A DNA stretch of 62,808 nt, counting the filler, from Globobulimina sp. (taxonomy: Eukaryota): the NCBI GenBank assembly GCA_003354225.1. It is 15 parts of 15 records of this genome, joined end to end, with 100 filler letters (N's around TTAATTAATTAA, not from the genome) between each part and the next. Parts side by side here need not be neighbours in the genome. Positions count along the whole stretch, not along the records: positions 12,595 to 16,691 come from PIVH01001620.1; positions 16,792 to 20,888 come from PIVH01001621.1; positions 20,989 to 25,084 come from PIVH01001622.1; 12 more parts are not named here. One strand, written 5' to 3'. Below, in pieces: positions 12,595-24,586 of the stretch. The notes beneath the pieces were generated by a model. The model was not told the DNA's origin. It ran no database searches and was given only the letters and a program-made list of their open reading frames with translations. Position 1 is the stretch's first letter; each line of letters begins with the position of its first letter. Position numbers and translations under genes: made by a program.

Positions 12595-13407
12595 CATTTT
12601 TATTCATAATATCCATTAAACGGAATGTAGCTAACCATGCATTCAATGAGTCCTCCACAAATCTTTTGAATACTGCAATTTGGAAATATTTCAATTCAAA
12701 ATTAGCCACATGTCTATTTGTCGCATTTTTGCGGTGTTTTATTTGTCGCTGAATGTTGCATGCCATGGATCTCTGATGATAAATATTGATGAAATATAGT
12801 CCCATTTTATATGGTTGAAAGTTTTTTTTTTACCAAAACATGGTCTGTAAAAATTAGAAATGTCGTCCATTTTTTGTCTCAGATTTTCTGGATGATATTT
12901 GACAACAATTATTTGGTTTTGTTGTTCACACAATTTTTCTCCAAAAAACCCAATATCCAGCAGTTCAGCGTCGTGGTATGGTGAACCAGTCCATATTCCA
13001 GTAATTTCTTCAATCAATAATCTTGTGATTGTATTGCCGGAACCGCCGTGAGAAAATAAATAAGTTGGATATTTAAATCGCAATTTTTCTTTAACTTCAA
13101 ATTCTGTCAGAAAGTGGTGATGAATTGTCTCGAATATAGATACACATTCTGTGAAATTGAATATTGACAAATGGTTTCCGTTTGTTGCATTTGTGATGAT
13201 TGTATTATGAACTATTTGGTCGACATTGATCCAATCTGCACTAAATATAATAATAGACACATAAGTAGAAAAGCTCACGTTATGTGATGACAACTTCTTT
13301 GGACAATGTACAAACATCACCAACATAACGAATACACACACAAGGATACCAATTGATAATTCCGTCAATTGCTGGTAACTGCATTGTATAAATTTTATTG
13401 TTTCCAT
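12595..13407 (-). CDS. Type II membrane sulfotransferase-like protein (WSCD-like), frameshifted and 3'-truncated
   Basis: N-terminal TM, 5'-PSB-like SHGGSGNTITRLLIE, TGSPYHD, VKYHP and 3'-PB-like IIRDPW. Reading continues in another frame after about 12750. Confidence 0.6.
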
Positions 13408-13419
13408 TTTGAAAAAAAT

Positions 13420-14843
13420 TCAGTTTATTACTGGTAACGACATATTCAAAACGAAAATATAAGGTTGCAATCCACTGATACCATATGCATCTTTTAAACC
13501 ATGGTGGGCAGTTCTGTTGAAACGCGTTGTTCTGTTTGATACCACTCCTATAAAATAATTACTGTTTGGCCAATTATTATTTGACACCGTATGACTTACA
13601 CTCCATGAAATTGAATTTATTTTATAAACATTGTTCTGTTTGGATGCAATTGGAATAGCATAGCCCAGCCTGGCCGCATTACAACAAGCCATTTTACCTC
13701 CCATTTATTAAGCAACAACATGTTATCTCCAAATGTATGAAACACCATCAACTGTTTTAATTCTTGTATACGTATACTCTTTGGATCAACATCTGTCTCA
13801 AATACTATTTCTTTTGAATATAACCCCCATCCATTACTATTCCGAGCTGCTGCACGAACTGAATATTTGCTTGAAAAAGTTAATGGTTTAATTTCATGTT
13901 CAATTGTATCATTATTATTGTTTTGTATTGTATTTGAGGACCATTCTAATTTCATATCATCCAAATCATCACTTTCTTTATTCTCATTCTCTACATATTC
14001 TATTTTATATTCAATGCATTCTTTTTCTTCTTTGTTACTAACTATATTTATCACAGCAGAGAAAGCATTGACTTCTTTTACTTGGATAGTTGGAGGGGAC
14101 GCAGTATCACCATCTCTAACATCGCACATTTTTGATAACATAGCATCAAAATGATTGGCATCAAAATGAACTTTGATAATTTCATTTGGTATCAATTTCC
14201 GGTCTGTATTTGTTGCGATTTGTTGTGTGATGGCTAAAATTTTGTGTTTTCTTTTGTCTTTATCGAGTCTGATATCTGTAACTAATTTTTGTGTTTGATT
14301 ATAACTTTCATTTAATTCCATTTGTTTCTCTTTGAATTCGTTTTGTTGAGATAATAATTTGTTATATTTTGTGTTGTTGATAGTTTCTAATTTTTTCAAT
14401 AACTCGTTTCTGCGGCAATTTACTTTTTTTAATATATCATCAAAACTGGAATTGATGACATTTTTTGCATTCAATGTATTTTTATTTAAGCTTTCCATTT
14501 TATCCACGATACTCATTATTAAATCGTTAACATTTTGACACTGTTCTTTAAGAGTCGATATTGCTGCATCTTCTTCGTTGGATATCACTGCGACTTTTAT
14601 TGAATTCGCCGATTTATATATTTCAGATTGAGGCATTTTTTTAACGGCAGCAATAATTCTGGAAATTGCCATCGATCCCAATTTTACTTCGTCTTTCAAT
14701 GTAGAACGTAAATCATCTTCAGCCCATTCCATCAAATCATCATAATCGACACCGTTTTCGTTCAATTTATCGTACCATTTTAACTGTAATTTTTTATGCT
14801 GTAAAAAGAATTCTTTCAATGAATCGCTACCCTCAGCTGACAT
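13420..14843 (-). CDS. SAM-like / coiled-coil / FN3 / SPRY-like protein (TRIM-like without RING), frameshifted near 13690
   Basis: N-terminal helical SAM-like segment, BBC-like coiled coil, FN3 (YSVRAAARNSNGWGLYS). A SPRY-like tail (YFIGVVSN...AYGISG) lies in the adjacent frame 13420-13704. Confidence 0.55.
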
Positions 14844-14922
14844 TGATGTGGCAACAGCTTGCGACAAAAAACAGTTTTATTTAATGAAAAAGTTTTTTAA
14901 GCTGTTTTTTAATGTTGCCACA

Positions 14923-16603
14923 ATGGGTTGTTGCAATACTCACAACACAGATGAAACTACATCATTATTGCACGGAACATTGAATGAGGTGAGTAATACA
15001 ACTGTGACATCCACTATTATAACAAATAGAGAAAGGGCAAAAAGTATATACATTGACAAACCAATATGTAAATGTGGGGCAACAATGTGTTTAACAGAAG
15101 TACAATGTTGTTATCTTGGAGAAGATGGTGAATATTATGATGCAAATGTAGATTGTACTGAATGTATGTTAGGAATGGATGAAAGTACAATGTTATTATG
15201 GCATTGTATGGAAAAACATATTGATGATTACAAATATAATCTATGCATTGGATGTGCTGAAAAATTATATGAAGAGCTACAAAAAGAACACCACACTGAA
15301 ACAAAACAAGATAAATACACTATTTTTGACAAACAATATAATGATATTCAAAATGAAATCAATTGGAATCGACTGTATGAATTATATAAAGATAACGGCA
15401 GAGTACTGACTGTGAATGAATTAATCAATAAATACATTGCCAACCATGCAAATTATAAACAAATATTAGCAAATAATATATTATTATTTATTGATAAAAT
15501 TGCTAAAAAGGCGAAATTAGCAAAGGAATCACATGAAAGGAACTGGCAACATGAGGATTGGTCCAATGTTGTGAATGACGTGGATGATATATCAATATGG
15601 TACCGAAGAGAAGAAGGGACTGATATTCATTCCTTAAAAACGAAAATTAAAATGAAATGCACTGCATTGGATATCATTGTTGTTATCAATGAGTTTGATT
15701 TATTGCCTGAATTAATTTCACTCATTAAAATTGACGCTGCGTTGGTTAAAGAATATTCTCCATGCGAAAAAATCATATACTCCAAGGTACAGACATCTAT
15801 TTCAGCCATACGCATTTCACAACATTTTGGCTCACTGTTGTCATTCTGATGAGTTACTGCAATCGGGTTTATATTGCATGCACACTCTCGTTTTTTTGGA
15901 GTTACATATTGTGTACGCCAATATAAATCTGATTATCTCACAACTGAAGCTTGAAATACTAGCTAGCTCACTGACAATGGCACCGATGATTCGACTCACG
16001 CTTGTCTACTGACTCTACTCCATATGCGTTTATCTGTATTTATATTGTTAGGGATACCTATGGTCGCCGTTAAAAAATCGAGATGCAGTGGTTCGAGTGG
16101 AAGCGTTTGAGTCATTGGACGAATACGGAGAGATCATATTTGTGGGCAAATCAATTGATCCATTAACAGATATTGATGATGTGAAAGAATTAAATTTAAA
16201 AGATGCGATATTGGAACCTGGCTCAGATTCGGTTCGAATGGATGTTCATTTATCCGAAGGTTTGATGAAACCATTACAATTTGGTGGGAAGGAGAACTTA
16301 ACGGAATGTATTTGCATTGTAAATGTTGATCCAAAATCATATCTACCAAAGGCATTGTTAAATTGGATAAATAGAACATTTGCATTTTATGTGGCGAAAA
16401 TGATAAGACATCGATGTGAAAATTTAAAAGGTACAATTCATGCAAAAAGGGTTGCTACAAAACCAATTTATAGGAAATGGAAAAAGGAGATGCTTCATTA
16501 TATACAGAAAGCAAAGGACGATAAAAACCATGTATTAAATAAACAGCTTTGTTGTTGTGACAAGCTATCAAAACCTGAATACCTGAACAGAATCAACAGA
16601 TAA
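14923..16603 (+). CDS. N-acylated Cys-rich Zn-finger plus START lipid-binding domain protein
   Basis: Starts MGCC; CKCG..C..C..HC..H..LCxxC finger. A 265-nt intron at 15787-16051 joins IIYSK to GYLWSPLKNRDAVV. START-like C-terminus NVDPKSYLPKALLNWI. Confidence 0.7.
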
Positions 16604-16970
16604 CATTAAAATTACGCACAGAATATTTCCAATATATTGTTGTGAATTGTGATTGTTTAAAATACAAATACAGTATACAATTTTTGTAAACNNNNNNNNN
16701 NNNNNNNNNNNNNNNNNNNNNNNNNNNNNNNNNNNTTAATTAATTAANNNNNNNNNNNNNNNNNNNNNNNNNNNNNNNNNNNNNNNNNNNNAATTATAAA
16801 ATTATTACAAAATGCATGATTCTTCATTCTTTTGCGTTGTAAATCCTTAGAAACTCCGAACCCAAATTCTTTGATGGACTTTTATTTTCGTTTCGCACCT
16901 TTAAGAATCTCCGAACATTATTTACAAAACAAATTCGTTTTCGTTATTTTACAAACAAATTTTTATGTTT

Positions 16971-19204
16971 TTAGGTGAGAAGCAGGTTTTTCTTTTGGTT
17001 TGACATTGGTGATATAAATATAGGTTCCGTTTCATCGTCATTGTGCATGCTCTGCGTACTGTGGCTATCAGATATTTCAGACTGTTGTTCTGCTTTTTGA
17101 TATGAATGCACACTCGCTTCATATTTCATTTCTGCTGATTGTTCCTTCACATTGTTGATTTCCAATTTTTTGTTTCCCTTCTTCTTTTTGAAAAAATTTG
17201 TTTTAAAACAATCTGACTTTTTCCCTTTTTTCGGAGATACATCAATTGCCGGATTTGATCCGTGCCGGTTTGGGCTCATACCGCTCAATTCTTGATATGA
17301 CATTTGTGATAGCTCCATTTCATTATTATTCCGATTGATAAAAGTCAATTCAACCGCCTTTTCAACCGCCTTTTCTTCCTTTTATTCCTCTTCTTTGCCA
17401 TCCTTCTCATCCATTTTTATGTTAACGTTTTTCATATCATTTACCAATGATTGCTCCGATATATTCATAGAGGCATTGGGTATATTATAAATAGCAATAT
17501 CATCGTGCTTTAAATCTGGTTTCTCGTCATTTTTAAACTTCACTTTCCTTCGTTTTCGTTTCCCGTTCAAAATAGCAACCATTCGCTTCCATATTATGTC
17601 TGTTTGGGTCTCGCCGTAATAATCCAGTATACATTTATGAATGTCTTGTTTTGTGAGCACCATAAACTCGCACCAACTGTTACACAGCAATGTATATCTC
17701 CGCTTATCTTCAGATAAGCAGTACTCTCCCACCACATGACCTGTTTTCACTGTACATGCATTTTGTAAGTGTTTTTCATTGTTTTTGATCAATTTTGAGT
17801 CTCCTCCCTGACAAATATATAGTTCCTCCGCACTTTCACCTTTTTTATACAGACAATATCCTGCATTGCAACCGACGGATTTGATTTTAAGAATCAAGTT
17901 ACCAATAACTTGATGAGATAAATGCTTTAAAAAATCAATTTGGGTCAATGATCTTCTTGTAGCTAATTGTTCTTTTATTTTATTTTGTAAATGCAATGGC
18001 AAGCATTGCATGACTTGATCGTTTGAGGAAGATACATAATTATAATGATAATGATAATTTGTATGTGATACAATATCTCTTTCTAACTCGTTATCAAACT
18101 TATGCATACAACAACATATGTTTTCGGAACCGCAAATTTTGAAACATACAGCAAATTCATTTTTGTATTTGATATATGTCATTATATTTGTTATTATATA
18201 TGAAAATGTTGCGACTCTTTTGTTGTTGTTCTGCAGTATCAAACCTTAAAATGATTACAAAATATCAATGCTTTATCGACAGCCTCCCTTTGTGTGTGTT
18301 GAATGGAATCGCCCTCTAACATGCAAGCAGCGAAAGTACCAATAAACCAGGCACTGACACAGGAACCAGCACAGACACAAAATATTGCAACCCATTGCTC
18401 CATTACATTATGTGCAGCAATATCTCCATAGCCAGTTGTAAACAAAGTAATGACGGACCAGTACATGGAGGTGGAATATTTTATACCCAGAGCAATATTA
18501 TGATCATCCAATCCCTGTTCGGTAACCCATGTTGCATCATAATGGTCAATCATCCAATTCCCAACGGCCCACCATAAACAAGCAAATAAATGAGCAATAA
18601 AAGCCATTGAAAACGCAATTTTGCAGATTGTAAATTTATAAATTGATGATGGTGAATATCTTGACCTTGCCTGGCTAAAATTGAGTATCCGCAAAACTTT
18701 TCCAATTCGAAAGATACGAATGACTCGAATTAAACGTAATAGTTTTAGAATATTGGCATGTCCCTCGGAGTTTGGTCGGATAATAAAGTCAAATGGGAAT
18801 GAGGTTATTAGGTCAAAGAAAAACCAAAACTTTAAGTATTCTTTGGCAATGTTTATCGGACATGATATTAAGCGCAATGGGTCGTATTTATCATAAAATG
18901 CTGTTCGAAATGTTATTAATATATCAATGCATAAAAATGTATCTAATATTAACAGCACAATTCTAAATCCATTTTGTATTGTTACCGGTAAATCAAATGC
19001 TAATGCAAATGGTATTTGAACTGATGTAAATAATAGTATTACAATGACAAAAAAATTCCATAATAGTTTAAAGCTTGAATATGGGTAAAATATTGGTAAT
19101 AAATAGCATAAAGATTTATGTCGGTATGATGTAGTATTATTCTCCTCATGATATTCATTATAATCATCTTCTGATTCTGTTCTGTCATCTAAAGACTGGG
19201 ACAT
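16971..19204 (-). CDS. Voltage-gated K+ channel with cyclic-nucleotide-binding domain (EAG/KCNH-like)
   Basis: S4 LLRLIRVIRIFRIGK, pore YWSVITLFTTGYGDI, C-linker and CNBD. Intron at 18099-18244. An in-frame TAA at 17382-17384 precedes a same-frame tail to 16971. Confidence 0.85.
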
Positions 19205-19253
19205 TTTAGTAGCGCGCTAAAATACTCATCAAACAGAACAAATTATAGTTCAT

Positions 19254-20312
19254 TTAAGAAAACAACTGAAAAAAATTTAAAATAAGTAGTTTCAAAACAA
19301 AAGGAAATATTGCTATTGATAAATCATTCTCTTTCTCTCTTAAATATCCCATTATTAAACTTTTATAATATTTCTTATGTAAATTGACTAATTCATTTGG
19401 TATTAAATCATATAAACAAACTTTAAAATGTTTCTTATTGGAAAAATCTAAAAAATGTACATTATCATTATTTTTTACAACAGAACATTTGAAAGAGCAG
19501 GCATCAGGCACACAATATTTGGATTTAAACCATTTATCATTTGACAAATCCAATAAATAAATGTCATTATTTTGATTTCCCTGAAAATAAAATACAAATA
19601 AAACATTTGCAAATCCTAATAATACCTCATACTCCCAACTATGAACATTTCTATGTGGCATTTTTAATTTATTTACTTTCCATTCATAGTTATTTTGATT
19701 TCTATTTTGTTCAATATCACAATTACAAATTTGACCATTCCTGGAACCTCCGAATATTATCAATTGTTTTTTCATTGCAACATATAAGAAATGGGGATAT
19801 ACAATATTTGGGGATTTAAATTTAGAAAATGGAATGTCTTTAATTGTTTTATTGGTTTCAATGTTAAATTTATAATGTTTACAATTTTGTAAAATATGAA
19901 TTTGATTCATTGGGTGTGGGATACAAACAGTTGTTGGCCGATTAAAGAATGTATAAAGTGTATCATTTTGAGCTGGATCATTTTGAGCAAGTTTAATTTC
20001 ATTATTTTGTAAATCAAATGCAATAAATACACGCCCATATCCACCAAATAAACATAATAAATGATTAATTTTATCAATAAATTGTCCATGAGCTTCAATT
20101 TCTAATTCTCGACCATACTCATAAATTAGTAATGTCTCGTTTGTCTCAAGATTATATTTGTAAATGCCCGGTATAACACCGTATTCCTCAAAATCTGTCG
20201 ATATAATGATACAATGTAAAGCTGTTGGATCATTCGATGGTTTATGTATCATGTAATGACACTGAGTTGGTAATTCCAATCCCAGTGAAAATATTGAAGA
20301 TAAAGAAGACAT
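19254..20312 (-). CDS. Kelch/beta-propeller-like protein with C-terminal GY(L/I)R...P helical motif
   Basis: Repeated LFGG/IFGG blades and W-containing strands; C-terminus LIMGYLRE...IFPFVLKLLILNFF. Confidence 0.55.
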   Translation of the reverse strand: MSSLSSIFSLGLELPTQCHYMIHKPSNDPTALHCIIISTDFEEYGVIPGIYKYNLETNETLLIYEYGRELEIEAHGQFIDKINHLLCLFGGYGRVFIAFDLQNNEIKLAQNDPAQNDTLYTFFNRPTTVCIPHPMNQIHILQNCKHYKFNIETNKTIKDIPFSKFKSPNIVYPHFLYVAMKKQLIIFGGSRNGQICNCDIEQNRNQNNYEWKVNKLKMPHRNVHSWEYEVLLGFANVLFVFYFQGNQNNDIYLLDLSNDKWFKSKYCVPDACSFKCSVVKNNDNVHFLDFSNKKHFKVCLYDLIPNELVNLHKKYYKSLIMGYLREKENDLSIAIFPFVLKLLILNFFQLFS

Positions 20313-20509
20313 GTTTTTATGGGATTGTTTAGTGGTGCAAATATTGCAAAAATGATAGTAAAAGTTGCTGAACCAAATATTTTGTAATAAGTAAAGAGAA
20401 TATGAGTGATTTTATTGACAATTGTTTTTTTTAACAAGACAACAACGCGTTTTACGGCTTACTAATTACAAAATCTTTTCAGTGTCAGAAAATGTTGAAT
20501 TCCACCATC

Positions 20510-20833
20510 TTAATCATTGGTTTGTGTATTTTGTACAGTTTCTGTATCAACAATATCTACAGTTTGATCAGCTGGCTCATTATCATTTCCCTTTGCTTGT
20601 TTATTATTTACTTTAACATTATAAATATAAACACCGGAAATAATTGCGCCATAAGAATACATTGTAATAATTTGTAACACTGCAAATCCCAATGGTGGCT
20701 CACCTCCATTTCTTGCAATATTATATAATCTTCGTACAAGTCCCGATGATAAACAAAATAACATAATTCCAGGATATAACCGTATGTTTTTATAAATTCG
20801 CATATCGGATTCATCCGCTCCACCTCCGGTTTG
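20510..20833 (-). CDS. Last exon of a 7TM receptor (cAMP-receptor-like GPCR, TM6-TM7)
   Basis: RLYPGIMLFCLSSGLVRRLYN followed by a second hydrophobic helix; acceptor AG at 20834-20835. The rest lies beyond the contig end. Confidence 0.5.
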   Translation of the reverse strand, partial: QTGGGADESDMRIYKNIRLYPGIMLFCLSSGLVRRLYNIARNGGEPPLGFAVLQIITMYSYGAIISGVYIYNVKVNNKQAKGNDNEPADQTVDIVDTETVQNTQTND

Positions 20834-20988
20834 CTTATGTTTGCAGAAATAATAAATTATACTCAAATAACAAAACGATATAAATACCNNNNNNNNNNNN
20901 NNNNNNNNNNNNNNNNNNNNNNNNNNNNNNNNTTAATTAATTAANNNNNNNNNNNNNNNNNNNNNNNNNNNNNNNNNNNNNNNNNNNN

Positions 20989-21165
20989 TGAGTGTTGTTG
21001 GCGGATTAATTGTTGGTGTTGATGGTTTTGATGATTTGTATGGTTTTGGTAGTTTTGCGTTTGTTGTTGAGGTTGGTGGTAATGTTGCTGGCTGGAATGT
21101 TGTTGTTGGGTATATTGTGGATGTTGAGGTTGTTGGGAATATTGTGCGCGGTGTGGGTGTGACAT
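20989..21165 (-). CDS. N-terminus of a Gln/His-rich protein (truncated)
   Basis: ATG at 21165, MSHPHRAQYSQQPQHPQY..., open to the contig end. Confidence 0.5.
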
Positions 21166-21329
21166 GATATGAAACTGAAGTACAAGTTTTTGAAAAATGC
21201 TAAAAAAATAAAAAAAATAATGAAAAAATATATGCACGTACATTTTTGATGGATCCGTGGATCAGATAATAATAAAAAGTTATATTAATAATTATAAAAA
21301 GTTTAATATATTAAATTATACAAAATAAA

Positions 21330-22452
21330 TCATCCAAACCTTTTTGCTAAACCAACACAACACGATTCAGCACAATAATGCAGCGCAAAACATTTATATT
21401 TTTCATTTTTATTGCATTGGCAGAATAGAGCATAATATTTATCACCAAAAGAATAAAATAAGTACAAACAGATTGAATTTAAAACTGCATCAAAACTGCC
21501 ATAAATCATTGGAAACATTAATGTGATGGCATTGTGCTCCATTGTCAATGATCTCACATTAAAACATATCGCGGTCAATATCATACTCAAATTGATGAGC
21601 AAAACCAACAACGAATATCTTGTTATTACATCCAATAAAACATAAACTGAACTATCAAATTCCTCGCTATTATATTGATCTTTATCTCTGCCCGTAACAG
21701 TTCTCATAAATTCAAAATCAATATCTTCTTCATTTTCAATTTCATTCTGTCCATTGTTTCCAATTTCTTTCATATTAATTTTTAAATTACGAATAGTTTT
21801 ACGATCCATTGTTTTCTGTACATTAATTTTATTTAATTACATGGCATAATAAAGTGCAAATAATCTTAACTTTGTATAATTTTTTATTGAACGTAATAAC
21901 AACAAACGTAGTCAAAGCAATGAATACGAATCGAAATCCATCAAAACCAATACGTGGTAAATATGGAAGTTTGAAGAATAATGCAATAAAACCAAGCATT
22001 ACCAATATTGGCAAAAAAAGAATCAATGCATTCATTGTACGATAAACAGTTTGCGATATTCTTAATCCTGGAATTTTATGAAAAGTACAATACAATCTGG
22101 CATTGCATAAAAATATGACGATAGTTTTACCAAATAATAAACAAAATGTCCGTGCTAAATCCAATGGGTATCCCTGGAATGATGTTACATATTCATTTTC
22201 TAAAGTTTGTGAATCAAAAACTATATACAACCAAATACAATAAACAAATGTAAATATGTTAGAAAATGCAAACAAAACAACGGCGACGATTGTTGCATTC
22301 TTAAATGTTGATAGATATTCATTCGTTTCTGTTTTTTCTGAATCAATAACGAATTTGCATAAATTATATACAATATAAACTGAAATAGACACTCCAAATA
22401 TCATCAATAAACCACTGATAATCACTGATATAGCTACGTAAGAAGGAGCCAT
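21330..22452 (-). CDS. Seven-transmembrane GPCR-like protein (2 exons)
   Basis: Five hydrophobic helices in exon 1 (including RLYxTF after TM3) and two in exon 2. In-frame 55-nt intron at 21816-21870. Confidence 0.65.
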
Positions 22453-22518
22453 GACCGGTAGAGATTGTGTTGATTTATTTTTAACAAAAAAACTAATCTG
22501 TGCCTTACATTTTAAATA

Positions 22519-24527
22519 ATGGGAGTGTGCACATCTTCTAAAAACAAAAAAAATCGTACTTATGATAATCTCGATCTGATACGATTTCAAAATCACAAAA
22601 CAGATTTACCACTGTTTTCTAAAGAATCTGAACATATATTAAATGATATACAAAGATTAACTCAAATCCCAACAACCAAATTCAAATCAATTATTATGGG
22701 GAACAAAAAACTAAAAAACACATCAAAGGAACAATTAAAAACACTGAGTCAAAACACGCAGAAACTGGCTACACCACAAACATATAATACCACCGAATAT
22801 CTCCAATGTATGAAACAAAAGCTATGTAAAAAATCATTAGTCGAATTATGTGATTTTTCTCGTCATTTAACCAATATATCCAATCATGGCATTATTGTTA
22901 TTAATTTAGGTGCAGAAATACAAAGACATTTTGGTTGCTATGCTATTGGAGTTTTGCATTCAACCATAACATTATTACATGATATTGGGTTCCGGTTAAG
23001 TATATCCGTAACAATATAAACTATAAAAACAATATTAATTATAACAGAGCAACAGAGGCAGCAACATTTACATTATTTTTTTCAGATTTAAGATATTGCG
23101 ACGATATCAAATGGTGGCTAGATTTTGAAATATTACGAAGGAAACCAAGGATAGGTTTGCATGCATTATGTGATACATTTCATGTTAATAAATATGATGA
23201 TGTTTATAAATGGATAATAGATATGTTTGCAATTAATTTTGTTGGTGATGCGCGAGGTAATATTTGTATAAATGAGAAAGGAAAAGAGATATTAGAAGAG
23301 ATCGATGATTTATATTCCAATCAAAAGAAAATGAAAAATGTGTATATGAATAGATATGAAATATTAGTTATCGGTTTTGTTAAATTATTAAATACGGAAA
23401 ACGTTTTTATTGCAAATATTATCTACGTTGAATGCGAGAGATATTATCATCCGCCCATTGACCCACACAAAAATATGACACATTTATCATATTTGTCATT
23501 GATTAATAACTCATTCGAGTTAAACATATTAGATATGAAAAAAGATAAGTTATTTGCTGTGAATATAACAAATATTGGTATGGATACAAAGAGAGATATC
23601 AGTGAAAAAAATATACTATTTATGGTTAAAAACGCATCAATTCCGGTTTGGATAAAACAACAATATTCAAAGGAATTAATGGATTTGCCAATACATAAAA
23701 ATGTGTCGTTATTATTTGTCAAATCCATAGAATGGGATAATTATATAATTATAATTGACAATCAATATACAAATGGTTATAATTTTGCTATTCCATCCGG
23801 TACGGATGTCGTATCGGACATGTATTCATATTCAGATACAAATATACTTTGTGTTGATGATGAGGATGAGATTTGTGATTATAACATAGAATTGGATGAA
23901 TATAATAAATTTGATATTTGGGGTGAGACATATCATGGTAAGATACCAAGAAATAGTAAGCAAGATAGTTTGGGCTGTGGTATTTGTACATTTGGTACAG
24001 ATAAAATGTTTAAATGTGGCGGATTGAATATCCAAGCATCGCACGGAAACAGTTATAAACATAATACGCAATATGTATATTATAATAATGCTGAAATTAT
24101 TAAATTAGATCATCGTTTATTAGAAGGTGGATATATAAAAGGAATTGCCGGTATGAATATATGTAAAGCATATTTTAGTGTGTTATATGTGAATGAATTA
24201 CAAACAATTATTGCTGGGCCAGGTGGACAAGCACCAATCAGTTCAAATGTTATTGAAATATATGATATTATTAAAAATAAATGGAATGTTGTTAATGCAA
24301 AAACTAATTACTGTTATAAATCTGTATTGTCGTTAACAGAAACAAATTATACACAATCGTTTTTATGGACAAGTATTGACAATCCATTTATTGTAAACCT
24401 GTGTAATGGACGTGACTACGCTGAATTTATTGATATTCGTCAAGAGAAAGAATGGATTGTTAATCATCAGTTAAACAATTATTTAAAGGACTGGCATAAA
24501 GTGAGTGATGGGCAATTATTAATTTAA
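22519..24527 (+). CDS. N-myristoylated protein with central GF/GY helical motif and C-terminal Kelch-like repeats (2 exons)
   Basis: MGVCTS start. A 53-nt intron at 22995-23047 joins ORF 22519 to ORF 23157 in frame. Kelch-like CGG, PGG and IEIYDIIKNKW motifs. Confidence 0.6.
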
Positions 24528-24586
24528 TATTTATTACATTCACAATTACTAAATGCTAAGCTAGCGCGCTCATTGACTGTAACATT

